A stretch of 64,000 bases of DNA, from positions 10,254 through 74,253 of the forward strand of contig JAZQCF010000017.1 of the NCBI GenBank assembly GCA_045546075.1, given 5' to 3'. The position numbers were made by a program, and so were the translations under genes. The stretch comes from Candidatus Enterousia sp. GTDB taxonomy: Bacteria; Pseudomonadota; Alphaproteobacteria; Rs-D84. The notes beneath the pieces are model-generated. The model searched no databases. It was not told the origin of the DNA and was given only the letters and a program-made list of their open reading frames with translations. Shown one piece after another: positions 45,251-54,274 of this stretch; position 1 is the stretch's first letter; each line of letters starts with the position of its first letter.

Positions 45251-45730
45251 TTATAACAAAAATGCGGTTATAATCAAAGACAAAATTCCACCAATTATGA
45301 AAAAGGGTGCAAAAGGAATAAATTTCTGTTTCTTGCGATAGGCCCAGGCCGCACCAAATATACACGCAAAAACCAGTGTGATTGCCAAACCTGTTGGGCC
45401 GCACCACAGGCCGCCCGCCGCAATCAACTTTATGTCGCCCATACCAATCGGCGTGTCGGCACCCGGGGTGCGTCGCGTGATAATGCGGTCAAATATTAAC
45501 CCGATTGTTGCCGCCATAATATATCCAAACGTCATACCGACAACGCCCGATGCAATATCATGTGGCCACGGGAAAAAAGTCACCAAAATTGCCCCAATAA
45601 TTATTAACGGAAATAAATATGCATCTGGTATTATTCGCCGCCGCATATCCGCCATCGCGATTTTATAGCACAATACCAAAGCCATTAAAATCAACAATGC
45701 GAACATCGCATAAAATATGTATAAAAACAT
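45251..45730 (-). CDS. A24-family prepilin peptidase (CpaA-like, 160 aa)
   Basis: ORF trimmed to MFLYIFYAMF... after AAGGGGGAAATA. Polytopic, with Asp motifs RRIIPDAY and GMGDIKLIAAGG. Confidence 0.75.
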   Translation of the reverse strand: MFLYIFYAMFALLILMALVLCYKIAMADMRRRIIPDAYLFPLIIIGAILVTFFPWPHDIASGVVGMTFGYIMAATIGLIFDRIITRRTPGADTPIGMGDIKLIAAGGLWCGPTGLAITLVFACIFGAAWAYRKKQKFIPFAPFFIIGGILSLIITAFLL

Positions 45731-45806
45731 TATTTCCCCCTTGCGTTTCGAATCGGTTTTATGATACACTTATCATATCATATAAAGCGATTAAGGTTTA
45801 GGAAAA

Positions 45807-46385
45807 ATGAGTAAATCTTGGGACAGTAATATTTTGAAGAAACTAAAGGGCCTTATGGGCAAGGGTTTGTCGACCGCGGAAATTGGGAAAAAATTGGGAA
45901 TTTCCAAGAATGCGGTCGTTGGAAAACTGCACCGTATGGGGTGGAATTCGGGCGCAAACGAATCGGCTGGTGCCGATACGAAAAAGGTTGCGACAAAAAA
46001 GACCGCTGCAAAAAAGGTTGTTGCGAACAAGGGCGCGCCGGTGAAAAAAACGTCTGGTGCCGCGGCCAAGGTTGCCCGTCCTGCACCCAAGCCCAAGGAT
46101 GTTAAAAAGACGGCACCGGCAAAAACACAAATCAAGGTTGCCGATGGTGGTGCAAAAAAAACGGCCGGTCGGCCCATGCTGTCGCGCGGAACAAACGTTC
46201 ATCAACGCATTGTTCAGCACGCATTGGAAATGGCGAATTTGAAACCGAATCAGTGTCGGTGGCCGATTGGTGACCCGGATTCTAATGATTTTCATTTCTG
46301 TGGGCAAACTGTGTTCGTGGGCAAACCATATTGTTATGAACACTGTAAACAGGCGTATCAGTTCACGCCGCCAAAGAAAAAATAA
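45807..46385 (+). CDS. gcrA: GcrA cell-cycle regulator
   Basis: The N-terminus W..N.L.KLK.L...GLSTAEIGKKLG.SKNAVVGKLHRMG and the C-terminus CRWPIGDP....FHFCG....GKPYC.EH are characteristic of GcrA. Confidence 0.88.
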   Translation: MSKSWDSNILKKLKGLMGKGLSTAEIGKKLGISKNAVVGKLHRMGWNSGANESAGADTKKVATKKTAAKKVVANKGAPVKKTSGAAAKVARPAPKPKDVKKTAPAKTQIKVADGGAKKTAGRPMLSRGTNVHQRIVQHALEMANLKPNQCRWPIGDPDSNDFHFCGQTVFVGKPYCYEHCKQAYQFTPPKKK

Positions 46386-46406
46386 CAGCCTGGGGGCCAA
46401 TAAAAA

Positions 46407-48536
46407 ATGCCGAGAGAGAAAAAAGATTTTGAAACATTGCATCCTGTGGATTACGATATCGCCGGAAATGCCTTTCGTGCGTGGAAAAATGACGCAGATG
46501 AATTAATATTCGTCTTGGATGAAACAATCGATGATTTTAAGCCGAATGTTCTGTTGGTGTTGGCGGGGCGCGATGATCGCAAATGGGACGATATTTTGGC
46601 AAATGATTATGGAATAAACCTGGAAGATGTCCGTCCCAAGGTTGATAATAAATATCAAAAATTGGATATTGAATACACTGGGCTGGATGTGTATGCCCAG
46701 TTGATTGATGATTATGAACGTGGCGCAGATTTGGATGCGATTATCGCCGATTTGATTGATTTTCGTGATACGGCGGCGCGACGGTCGGCGATGGCGCGCC
46801 TTGCGGTGGCAAATGATATTATTGCGGCGGCCGAAGATACAATTCTGCGGACGGAACGCACGAAAAATGGTCTGCGCGAACGGCGACAGAATTTGCGGGC
46901 ACGATTGGCCAAACAACGGGAATATATCGGTCGTGAACCAACGAAACAATCGGCGGCGCGTATCCTTAGGACCGAGGCGCAAATTGACACGATTGCCGAA
47001 AAGTTGGCACGTGCAGAAAAACGTATAGAAAATGCAAAACATCGTATAGAGATTGCAACCGAAGATGCAAATGCCGCACGTGATTTACTGGCGCGGCGAC
47101 GGACGGTCTTACCGGGACGTACAGATGCGGTAACAGAACAAGTTGAGCCAGTTGTTTTGCCGGCGCGTAAGAAATCGGCTGTTGCAAAAACCCGTGCGAT
47201 AGAAGATACAGAAATCGCTGATGCGGAACCGGCGATTTTAATTGATGCAAATAACAATAAATCGACCGAACCGGATGATAAAGATGATGAGCCTGTTTTC
47301 TTTCCGGTGCCGGATTACGAATATCAATCACAACCCAGGGATGAAGAAATGGCAGATCAGGAAGAAGTAAAACCTTTGTTGGACCAAGACCCCGAAATAC
47401 TGGACGAAGAAATCGCGTTCAAACCGGTGGAATTTGATGATATTAAACCGCGGGTGGATGATGTGCCGGTAAAACGCGAATATGCGGAACCTGAAAGTAT
47501 GTCCGGCGACAGAACGGGCGCGGTTGCGCGGCCATTGGCATTTTCGGGCGCGGATGTTGATACTGATGATGTATCGCCGGATGATACGAACGTTGAAGAT
47601 GCGGAAGCCGTTTCACCGGACGAGGCACCTGTGTTGGATACAATAAAAACCGTGGCGGAACCAAATGTGGCGGATACCGACACGACCGGGCATACAACCA
47701 ACACTCAATACGATAATGCGGAACCTGTGCGTCCGGCCGCGCCGACACGTGCAACACCGGTTACGCCCGGATATACACGCCCTATTTCGCCGATTACCGG
47801 TAATGCACCCGTACGTCCGGTTGGGGAAAATCGCGGCCGTTCGGGTTTTGCGTATTATTTATTACTGATATTATTGATTGCGCTGTCCGTGTTTACTTTG
47901 TGGCTGTACCAGAAAAAGAACGGCAACAGTGTTCCATTTTTGAATGCGCCAACCGATGGAATGATTGAACAGCCGGCAAAAGACCCAACAAATGATGTAC
48001 AGGTTGGATTTGATGAACCGCAACCCATTATAGAACCTGTGATGGTCGAACCAGAACCGATTGTTGAACCCGAACCGGATATCCCGGTTGTTATTGAAAA
48101 CGAACCGATTAAAATCGAATATCCAAACAATAATGTCTTGCGTGCGGCAGAACCCGATGTCCCCGTGGTCGAGGCCGAAGAAGATGTCTTGGCACGCAAA
48201 GACGCGTATGATGTTGCGCGCGAAGATAAACCGATATATGTTCCAATGCCGGAACCGCGTGTAACCAATGTGGTTGCACCGGATGTGATATTTGATGACG
48301 ATATTATATCTGTGCCGGCGGAACCTGCGAACTATGTAGATGAAGGTGTGTATGTTGACGACGAATCCGTTTATTATCCGGACCAATATTATGATGCAAA
48401 TGCAGAATATTATGATGAATATGTTGATAATGCGGGCGGTTTTGTTGAAGAGCCGCGTGAACCCAAAACCACACGTCATTTGGATGTATATGATGGTGGG
48501 CAATACAGTATTGGATATACCGAAACAACATATTAA
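46407..48536 (+). CDS. hypothetical bitopic protein (709 aa): coiled-coil N-terminus, single TM, acidic Pro/Glu/Val/Tyr-rich C-terminus
   Basis: Long ORF 21 nt after gcrA. TM segment FAYYLLLILLIALSVFTLWLY; no family recognised. Confidence 0.7.
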   Translation: MPREKKDFETLHPVDYDIAGNAFRAWKNDADELIFVLDETIDDFKPNVLLVLAGRDDRKWDDILANDYGINLEDVRPKVDNKYQKLDIEYTGLDVYAQLIDDYERGADLDAIIADLIDFRDTAARRSAMARLAVANDIIAAAEDTILRTERTKNGLRERRQNLRARLAKQREYIGREPTKQSAARILRTEAQIDTIAEKLARAEKRIENAKHRIEIATEDANAARDLLARRRTVLPGRTDAVTEQVEPVVLPARKKSAVAKTRAIEDTEIADAEPAILIDANNNKSTEPDDKDDEPVFFPVPDYEYQSQPRDEEMADQEEVKPLLDQDPEILDEEIAFKPVEFDDIKPRVDDVPVKREYAEPESMSGDRTGAVARPLAFSGADVDTDDVSPDDTNVEDAEAVSPDEAPVLDTIKTVAEPNVADTDTTGHTTNTQYDNAEPVRPAAPTRATPVTPGYTRPISPITGNAPVRPVGENRGRSGFAYYLLLILLIALSVFTLWLYQKKNGNSVPFLNAPTDGMIEQPAKDPTNDVQVGFDEPQPIIEPVMVEPEPIVEPEPDIPVVIENEPIKIEYPNNNVLRAAEPDVPVVEAEEDVLARKDAYDVAREDKPIYVPMPEPRVTNVVAPDVIFDDDIISVPAEPANYVDEGVYVDDESVYYPDQYYDANAEYYDEYVDNAGGFVEEPREPKTTRHLDVYDGGQYSIGYTETTY

Positions 48537-48551
48537 AAATTAAAACAAAAA

Positions 48552-48581
48552 ATATCACACCGTTTGGTGTGATATTTTTTT
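48552..48581. terminator. bidirectional Rho-independent terminator
   Basis: AAAAAA-TATCACACC-GTTT-GGTGTGATA-TTTTTTT between convergent genes. Confidence 0.8.
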
Positions 48582-48599
48582 CGCCTTTCATTAAAAAAC

Positions 48600-48977
48600 T
48601 TATTCTTTTTCAATGACAACCATTGCCGCCGAAAAATTGTCTTGGTCGGTAATCGACAGGTGGACACGCGCGGTTATGCCGGCCAATTCTTTTAATGCGG
48701 CCCGTGCACCACCGGCAATCATAATTTCGGGACGGCCCGCATCATCGTGGATGACAGAAATGTCAGAAAATGCGATGTCTTCGCCGAAACCGGTGCCCAG
48801 TGCTTTCAGGCATGCCTCGCGCGCGGCCCAGAAATTTGCCAGATGTTTTTCGGCATTTGCATTATCGCCGTCGGCATATTCCAGTTCTTTTTTTGTAAAG
48901 ATGCGTTGTTTCTTAAATGCGGACCAATCCAAAAAACGTCCAGATTCAACCAAATCTAAGCCAATTCCAACAATCAT
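48600..48977 (-). CDS. acpS: holo-[acyl-carrier-protein] synthase
   Basis: MIVGIGLDLVE..., FAAREACLKALGTG, and SITD near the C-terminus. 125 aa. Confidence 0.9.
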   Translation of the reverse strand: MIVGIGLDLVESGRFLDWSAFKKQRIFTKKELEYADGDNANAEKHLANFWAAREACLKALGTGFGEDIAFSDISVIHDDAGRPEIMIAGGARAALKELAGITARVHLSITDQDNFSAAMVVIEKE

Positions 48978-49097
48978 ATGATTCCTCCCTTTTGGATATA
49001 TGAAACACTGTTTGAACCGATACGGGAATATAGAAACTTTTTACCGATTCGTGCAAGCATAAAATATAGATAAATATAAATTTATTAAAAAATATTA

Positions 49098-49127
49098 TTG
49101 ACTTTTATAATCATTATAATTTATAAT
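49098..49127 (+). promoter_or_regulatory. sigma70-like promoter (TTGACT-N18-TATAAT)
   Basis: TTGACT at 49098-49103 and TATAAT at 49122-49127, about 25 nt upstream of the 49153 ATG. Confidence 0.55.
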
Positions 49128-49152
49128 AATTTTGTATCAAAAGGAGTCATAT

Positions 49153-49428
49153 ATGAAAAAATCACGTCTTTTATTGGTTGCTGGCGCGGTTGCAGTGTTT
49201 TTATCGGCGGGTTCTGCATTTGCGGCACCGGTGCATGGTGGACATCATTCTGTGCCCCATCACACGGTAACCTATGTCCAAAGTTCGGCGCATCATCATC
49301 CGCGACCGGGGCATCATCATGGCGGTGGGCATCATAATGTTGCGCATCACCACCATCATCATCACCATAACAATACCGCGGGCAATATTATTTTGGCCAC
49401 GGCATTATTGGTGTCTGCATTTATGTAA
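49153..49428 (+). CDS. secreted His-rich protein with a C-terminal hydrophobic tail (91 aa)
   Basis: ORF trimmed to MKKSRLLLVAGAVAVFLSAGSAFA after AAGGAG. The mature part is about 40% His, including HHHHHHHH, and ends with GNIILATALLVSAFM. Confidence 0.7.
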   Translation: MKKSRLLLVAGAVAVFLSAGSAFAAPVHGGHHSVPHHTVTYVQSSAHHHPRPGHHHGGGHHNVAHHHHHHHHNNTAGNIILATALLVSAFM

Positions 49429-49430
49429 GA

Positions 49431-49457
49431 GAGTGGTTAGTATTAGTGATTAGTTGG
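49431..49457 (+). repeat. TAGTGRT heptamer array (about 4 units) 2 nt after the stop codon
   Basis: GAGTGGT TAGTAT TAGTGAT TAGTTGG, followed by the hairpin GGGCGCATCC...GGATGCGCCC and a T-run. Confidence 0.8.
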
Positions 49458-49566
49458 TGCGGGCGCATCCGTCTTCGCTATCGCTTCGTCGCGATTGGAT
49501 GCGCCCGTGTTTTATAAAAAAACATTTGTGTTTTTTGTATTGTTGGGTTAGTATAATGTTCGTTGT

Positions 49567-49643
49567 CGGGGCGTAGCTCAGCCTGGTAGAGTACTTGCAT
49601 GGGGTGCAAGGGGTCGCAGGTTCGATTCCTGTCGCCCCGACCA
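49567..49643 (+). tRNA. tRNA-Pro (anticodon GGG)
   Basis: CGGGGCGTAGCTCAGCCTGGTAGAGTACTTGCATGGGGTGCAAGGGGTCGCAGGTTCGATTCCTGTCGCCCCGACCA; anticodon loop ATGGGGT. Confidence 0.9.
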
Positions 49644-49652
49644 TAAAATTCA

Positions 49653-49680
49653 AATCGGCCTTGCGCCGATTTTAATTTTA
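49653..49680 (+). terminator. Rho-independent terminator after tRNA-Pro(GGG)
   Basis: ATCGGC-CTTGC-GCCGAT followed by TTTAATTTT. Confidence 0.6.
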
Positions 49681-49788
49681 TCGTGGGTATAACGGTTCGA
49701 TACATCGCAACGCAGTTGCCAGGTTCGGAACAAGCACGCACCGCGTGCGCAGTGAAAGGGGCCCACGAACGCAGTGAGTGGGAATTAC

Positions 49789-49838
49789 ATTCCTGTCGCC
49801 CCGACCATACTTCGCCAAGGCTTCGTGTGGGGAAGCAA
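49789..49838 (+). repeat. 21-nt direct repeat of the tRNA-Pro(GGG) 3' end followed by one copy of the 30-nt tRNA-flank unit
   Basis: ATTCCTGTCGCCCCGACCATA at 49789-49809 is identical to 49625-49645. It is followed by (TA)CTTCGCCAAGGCTTCGTGTGGGGAAGCAA. Confidence 0.85.
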
Positions 49839-49904
49839 TAAAATTATCAATGTTCAGTTAAACTCCGGATGTTTCGCGTATTGTGGGAACGTGTCTAATG
49901 CTAT

Positions 49905-52361
49905 TTAATTATTTGTTGGGCTAATATCTTCAATGGTCACCACAACCTTGCGGCACAATTCGCAATCTTTCTTGGCACCACAAGTGTTTTCCGCACATTC
50001 GTTTGAACCTTTGCCGTCTGGGGGGCTGTATTTAATTTTTGATGCATATGCACCCAAACGATTTTTGTCTTCCAGATAAGTTTTTACAGATTCTGCGCGT
50101 CGCTTTGATAATGGGATGTTGATTTTATCGTTTCCTGTTCTGTCTGTGTGTCCCACTATATTTATTTGGATTTTTTGGTCAGCGGACATATTATCGAGAA
50201 TAGGTTTAAGTTCGTTGACAAATTTATCAATTTTTTGTGTTCCATCGGGTTTTATTTGATCACTGTTTCTGGCAAACGTTGTGTCGCCGTTCAGTGTAAG
50301 TTCTTTTGTTCTTGGGACCAAGTCTGTTAATTCTGGCATCTGCGCAAGACCATTATTTTCGCCAGTATAAAGCGTCGGTTTGGGTTCTGGATTATTGATA
50401 ACAACGGCTTTCGGTGTATATATAAATGCCGGCATTTTTTCATCTATATCTTCTATTGTTTCATCCAATGTTTGTTGTAATTTGGTCTTTCCGTTTATAA
50501 TGCGGTTGCCGATGATGCCGGTGGCGATACCGGCGGCGGCAACGATTGCCCCGGTCTTTAATCGTTTGGCGGTGGATTCTTTTTGTTCGGCCCAACGCGC
50601 GGCATCCGCGCCTTCGGTATCCGTCAATGCGCGATATAACGATATCTCGCCACCGGCACCACGTTCCGCCGTTGCGTATTGATACAATCCTGATTGTGCG
50701 CGGTCGTATAAAACCTCGCTCTCTATCCCACTGCGCAATCCCAATGCCGATTTAGTCGTTTTCAAATTGTCCGCCAATTGTTTATATTCGGTATAGTAAT
50801 CCAATAATTCATTTCCGCCGGGCAAGGTTACGTCTGTATTTCCAAGGTTGATAATTTTGCCGTCCCCGTATTCACATTGCATTGTTGTAATATATTGTTG
50901 CATATCGCGTTCGGCATTGCGGTCGGCCCGTTGTTCTGCGATTGCAGATGCGGCCTGCATCGCACCGATTCCGGTTGCCGCGGTTGATGCCCCGGTCAGT
51001 AATTTATTTGCAAGGCTGTTTTCCTTGTCCCGCGCCGCATCAAGTGCACTTTGCGCATCCTGTAATTTTTTAATCACATCGGCATCGGTGTTTGATTGCG
51101 GTGTGTTTTCGCTTTCGGCATAGACCCCCGCGGCATTGATGTCATTGTTTATACCGCTATCGGTTGCATCCGGTTCTTTTGCCACACAATATTCTGTTTG
51201 TTCGTCATCTCTATGTGGTGCGAATCCGTCCGGACAGGTGCAATTTTTCCCATCATCGTTTGTGCTTCCACCGGTTTCTGTGCATTGATTAGGTGTTTTT
51301 GGGGTGTCGGTATTGTTGTCAGGGTTGGCCGTTTGTAAAACTATTGTTTGATTATTGTTAGATAAGTAGTCCACCATAATAGTTTTTGTTTCATAGCCTT
51401 GCAACGAAAAACTTATTTGTGCGGTATTTGGAATATCGTTTAGTGTGTAATTACCGTTACCATCGGTGAATGCCCGTAGTTCAGTATTATCTGCAACATA
51501 AACATTAACATCTTTTAACGGATTTCTTGCTGTGTCTGTTACATTTCCAGAAATTGATATTGTATCGTTTATTGAAACGCAACCTTGTGATTTTCGTAAA
51601 GGGTTTTTATACTGATAATTCGATTTGCAGTTGCAAAAATATCCACTGCTGTCCAGAACCATATTTAAATTTTCTTTGCAACTACAGGTATTTTTGTCTG
51701 GGCCACTCCATTCGCCGCCACTTGGGGCACAACTGTTCACCTTGTCTATTGTGCCCAGGTCATACTTACCAAATCCGGTTATTATTGTTTTTCCATTGGC
51801 CGCGGTGACACCATTTTTCAGTGTGTTACATCCAGAATACAGTTTGCCAAAGTATTTTTGTTGTTTATTATTTTGACATAAACATTCGTTATCAGTCGAT
51901 TGGGTGCCATTTAACTTACTACAATCGCAAGAATTATTTGTCCATGTTCCACCACTGCCAACACACTTCTTTTGATTGTATGACCAACGTGTTGTTTCAT
52001 CATCTGTGTATTCCAACACAACGTCTTTGTTTGTAATACAAAAAGCGATGATATCATAATTATTATGATATGGACTAGATATTTTTGCTTTCACATATGC
52101 GTGGGCGACATAGGGACAAGTTTTATTCTTATATTCATCGTTTTCCCGGTCTTTGCATTGTTCTAACATTTCATATGGATATCGCAAGATGGTTGAATCA
52201 TCGATTCCCTTAATATCCGCACAACTCTTGATTGTAGTCACCTTATCCATTTCAGAAATTTTACAATCTGTATCACCTGTGTACGTGCAAGTAATTGCCA
52301 ATGCCCATAGGCTTGTGATTGTGCAAAAATACGATAAAATTGTGAATAAAAACTTTTTCAT
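49905..52361 (-). CDS. OmpA-family protein (818 aa) with Cys-rich EGF-like N-terminal modules and a CarboxypepD_reg-like domain
   Basis: C-terminal OmpA_C pattern (IVGHTDRTGNDKINIPLSKRRAESVKTYL); a mid-protein ISGNVTD...DVNVYV...TDGNGNYTL beta-sandwich; N-terminal CxC modules. Confidence 0.85.
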   Translation of the reverse strand: MKKFLFTILSYFCTITSLWALAITCTYTGDTDCKISEMDKVTTIKSCADIKGIDDSTILRYPYEMLEQCKDRENDEYKNKTCPYVAHAYVKAKISSPYHNNYDIIAFCITNKDVVLEYTDDETTRWSYNQKKCVGSGGTWTNNSCDCSKLNGTQSTDNECLCQNNKQQKYFGKLYSGCNTLKNGVTAANGKTIITGFGKYDLGTIDKVNSCAPSGGEWSGPDKNTCSCKENLNMVLDSSGYFCNCKSNYQYKNPLRKSQGCVSINDTISISGNVTDTARNPLKDVNVYVADNTELRAFTDGNGNYTLNDIPNTAQISFSLQGYETKTIMVDYLSNNNQTIVLQTANPDNNTDTPKTPNQCTETGGSTNDDGKNCTCPDGFAPHRDDEQTEYCVAKEPDATDSGINNDINAAGVYAESENTPQSNTDADVIKKLQDAQSALDAARDKENSLANKLLTGASTAATGIGAMQAASAIAEQRADRNAERDMQQYITTMQCEYGDGKIINLGNTDVTLPGGNELLDYYTEYKQLADNLKTTKSALGLRSGIESEVLYDRAQSGLYQYATAERGAGGEISLYRALTDTEGADAARWAEQKESTAKRLKTGAIVAAAGIATGIIGNRIINGKTKLQQTLDETIEDIDEKMPAFIYTPKAVVINNPEPKPTLYTGENNGLAQMPELTDLVPRTKELTLNGDTTFARNSDQIKPDGTQKIDKFVNELKPILDNMSADQKIQINIVGHTDRTGNDKINIPLSKRRAESVKTYLEDKNRLGAYASKIKYSPPDGKGSNECAENTCGAKKDCELCRKVVVTIEDISPTNN

Positions 52362-52420
52362 CCCCTCGCCCTGGAATCCCTGTTATGCCCTATTCTATCA
52401 AATTTTGAATTTTGGTGCAA

Positions 52421-52538
52421 GTGGATAGTTGCTAGTGGTTAGTGGGTAGTATTAGTGATTAGTAGATACTGGAACTGGTTCGTAATTATGAATTTATTCC
52501 AGAGCCTACTAACCACTATCCACTAACACTAACCACTA
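52421..52538 (-). repeat. about 118-bp palindromic 3' element: inverted TAGTGRT heptamer arrays around a conserved 36-nt core
   Basis: The left arm spans 52421-52465 (…TAGTGGT TAGTGGG TAGTAT TAGTGAT TAGTAG). The core CTGGAACTGGTTCGTAATTATGAATTTATTCCAG spans 52470-52503. The right arm spans 52506-52538 (CTACTA ACCACTA TCCACTA ACACTA ACCACTA). The element begins 2 nt after the argS stop, in the sense orientation for argS. Confidence 0.8.
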
Positions 52539-52540
52539 TT

Positions 52541-54253
52541 TTACATTTCTTTTGGAATTTTTAATCCCATTAAATCCACCGTCCGGGTTAAAACACGTGT
52601 GGCAATTTGGACCAGGTTTATACGCATTGCACGTATATCCGTCGGCACATCTTCGCGCAGAATTGGACAGTTATGATAGAATGTATTTATCAACTGGCAC
52701 AAATCATAGGCATAGTTCGCAACCAAATCTGTGGCGCGCGATTCAAATGCCGATTGCACCGTGCGGTCAAAGTCTAACAATTCCATAATTAAATTGCGTT
52801 CGTCGGGATTCATTTCAACCGCGTTTTGTGATTTACCAAACTCGCCCGCGCGCCGCAAAACAGAATTTAATCGAACCGCCGTGTACAAGACATATGGTCC
52901 GGTGCGCCCTTCGAACGAAGTGATTTGCGCCGGGTCAAAAATATAATCTGCACGGACATCGTGTAATAAATCATTAAACTTTACCGCCGCCAATGCAATC
53001 ATTTGGATTGTGTCTGTATCCAATTTTTTGCCGGTTTCCGCAATACGCGCCATAACCGCATCGTTTGCAGAATCCAATATGTCGTCCAATCCCGCCGCGT
53101 TACCATCGCGGGTCTTGAACGGTTTACCATCTTCCCCGTTGATTGTTCCGTAACCAATATGTTCAAATTTATCGTATGGATATATGCCGGACATATCGGC
53201 AACACGGAACAGTTGTTCAAAGTGCAGGCTCTGGCGCAGGTCTGTTATATAAATAATCCTGTCGGGGTTATCTGTTTGTTTGCGACAATAAACGGCCGCC
53301 AAATCCGTAGAATCGTATGTGTCGGCACCACGGGAATCACGCCACATATATGGTGGCATCGGTTTGTTGTCGTCTTCGCGTTTAACGTTTATGATTTCTG
53401 CGCCGTCATTTTTATAAATCATATTTTTTTCGCGCAATATTTTTTCAACAGGTTCCAAATACTGCGCGGCGTTTCTTTCGCCCAAATCATAATCAAACGG
53501 CAAAATATTCAAACGTTGCACGGTGTTGTTCATTGTGCGCAACGATATTGCCAAAAACTTTTCATACAGCGCAAAATACCCCGGATGCCCCGATTGGAAT
53601 TTTGCCTTGATTTCCTGGGCATGCAGTTGGAATTCAGGGTCTGTTTTGGCCAATGCCGATGCCGCCGGATAATATGTATTTAATTCGTTGGCATCAATTT
53701 CATAATCAACGGGCGCATCGGGGTTAAAATCGTCCCGGAAATATGGCAATTCTGGGTGAAGGCGTTCAATCCACGCAATTACCAATCCCATCGGTTTGCC
53801 CCAATCGCCAATATGATTCCAAGAAAAAGTCTTGTGGCCCACGGACCGCGCAACACGGTTAAATGTGTCGCCGACAATAGATGTCCGTAAATGCCCGATA
53901 TGTAAAGATTTGGCAACATTGTATGCACCATAGTCCATATCTATAACCAACGGATTTGTGGTTTGGGTTATTTCATCGGCACTTTGAACGGCGTGCCATA
54001 AAAAATCGTCTTTGATTTTCAAATTGATAAATCCTGGCCCCGCCACCGATGCGGATTCAACAAAATCTAATTCCGTGATTTTTGGTAAAATCTCGTTCGC
54101 CAATTCACGTGGATTTTTACCGGCACTGCGTGCCATAACCATTGCGGCGTTGGTTGAAAAATCGCCAAATTCACGGTTGCGCGGGGTTTCCAATTTTGCA
54201 TCAAAACCCAATTTTTCATTTAATTTTGCAGATACATATTTGTAAAGGTTCAT
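52541..54253 (-). CDS. argS: arginine--tRNA ligase
   Basis: 570 aa; HIGH-type motif (SLHIGHLR), an ArgRS N-terminal Add-1 domain and a DALR anticodon-binding C-terminus ending ...PKEM. Confidence 0.93.
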   Translation of the reverse strand: MNLYKYVSAKLNEKLGFDAKLETPRNREFGDFSTNAAMVMARSAGKNPRELANEILPKITELDFVESASVAGPGFINLKIKDDFLWHAVQSADEITQTTNPLVIDMDYGAYNVAKSLHIGHLRTSIVGDTFNRVARSVGHKTFSWNHIGDWGKPMGLVIAWIERLHPELPYFRDDFNPDAPVDYEIDANELNTYYPAASALAKTDPEFQLHAQEIKAKFQSGHPGYFALYEKFLAISLRTMNNTVQRLNILPFDYDLGERNAAQYLEPVEKILREKNMIYKNDGAEIINVKREDDNKPMPPYMWRDSRGADTYDSTDLAAVYCRKQTDNPDRIIYITDLRQSLHFEQLFRVADMSGIYPYDKFEHIGYGTINGEDGKPFKTRDGNAAGLDDILDSANDAVMARIAETGKKLDTDTIQMIALAAVKFNDLLHDVRADYIFDPAQITSFEGRTGPYVLYTAVRLNSVLRRAGEFGKSQNAVEMNPDERNLIMELLDFDRTVQSAFESRATDLVANYAYDLCQLINTFYHNCPILREDVPTDIRAMRINLVQIATRVLTRTVDLMGLKIPKEM

Positions 54254-54274
54254 CTTTTTACCCCGTATTGTTTG

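Noticed and set aside
45791-46442. ORFs 45791-46177 (-) and 45843-46442 (-) opposite gcrA
   Set aside because: They are antisense to a clear GcrA coding sequence. Their length reflects the low stop-codon frequency of the Lys/Ala-rich GcrA linker on the opposite strand.
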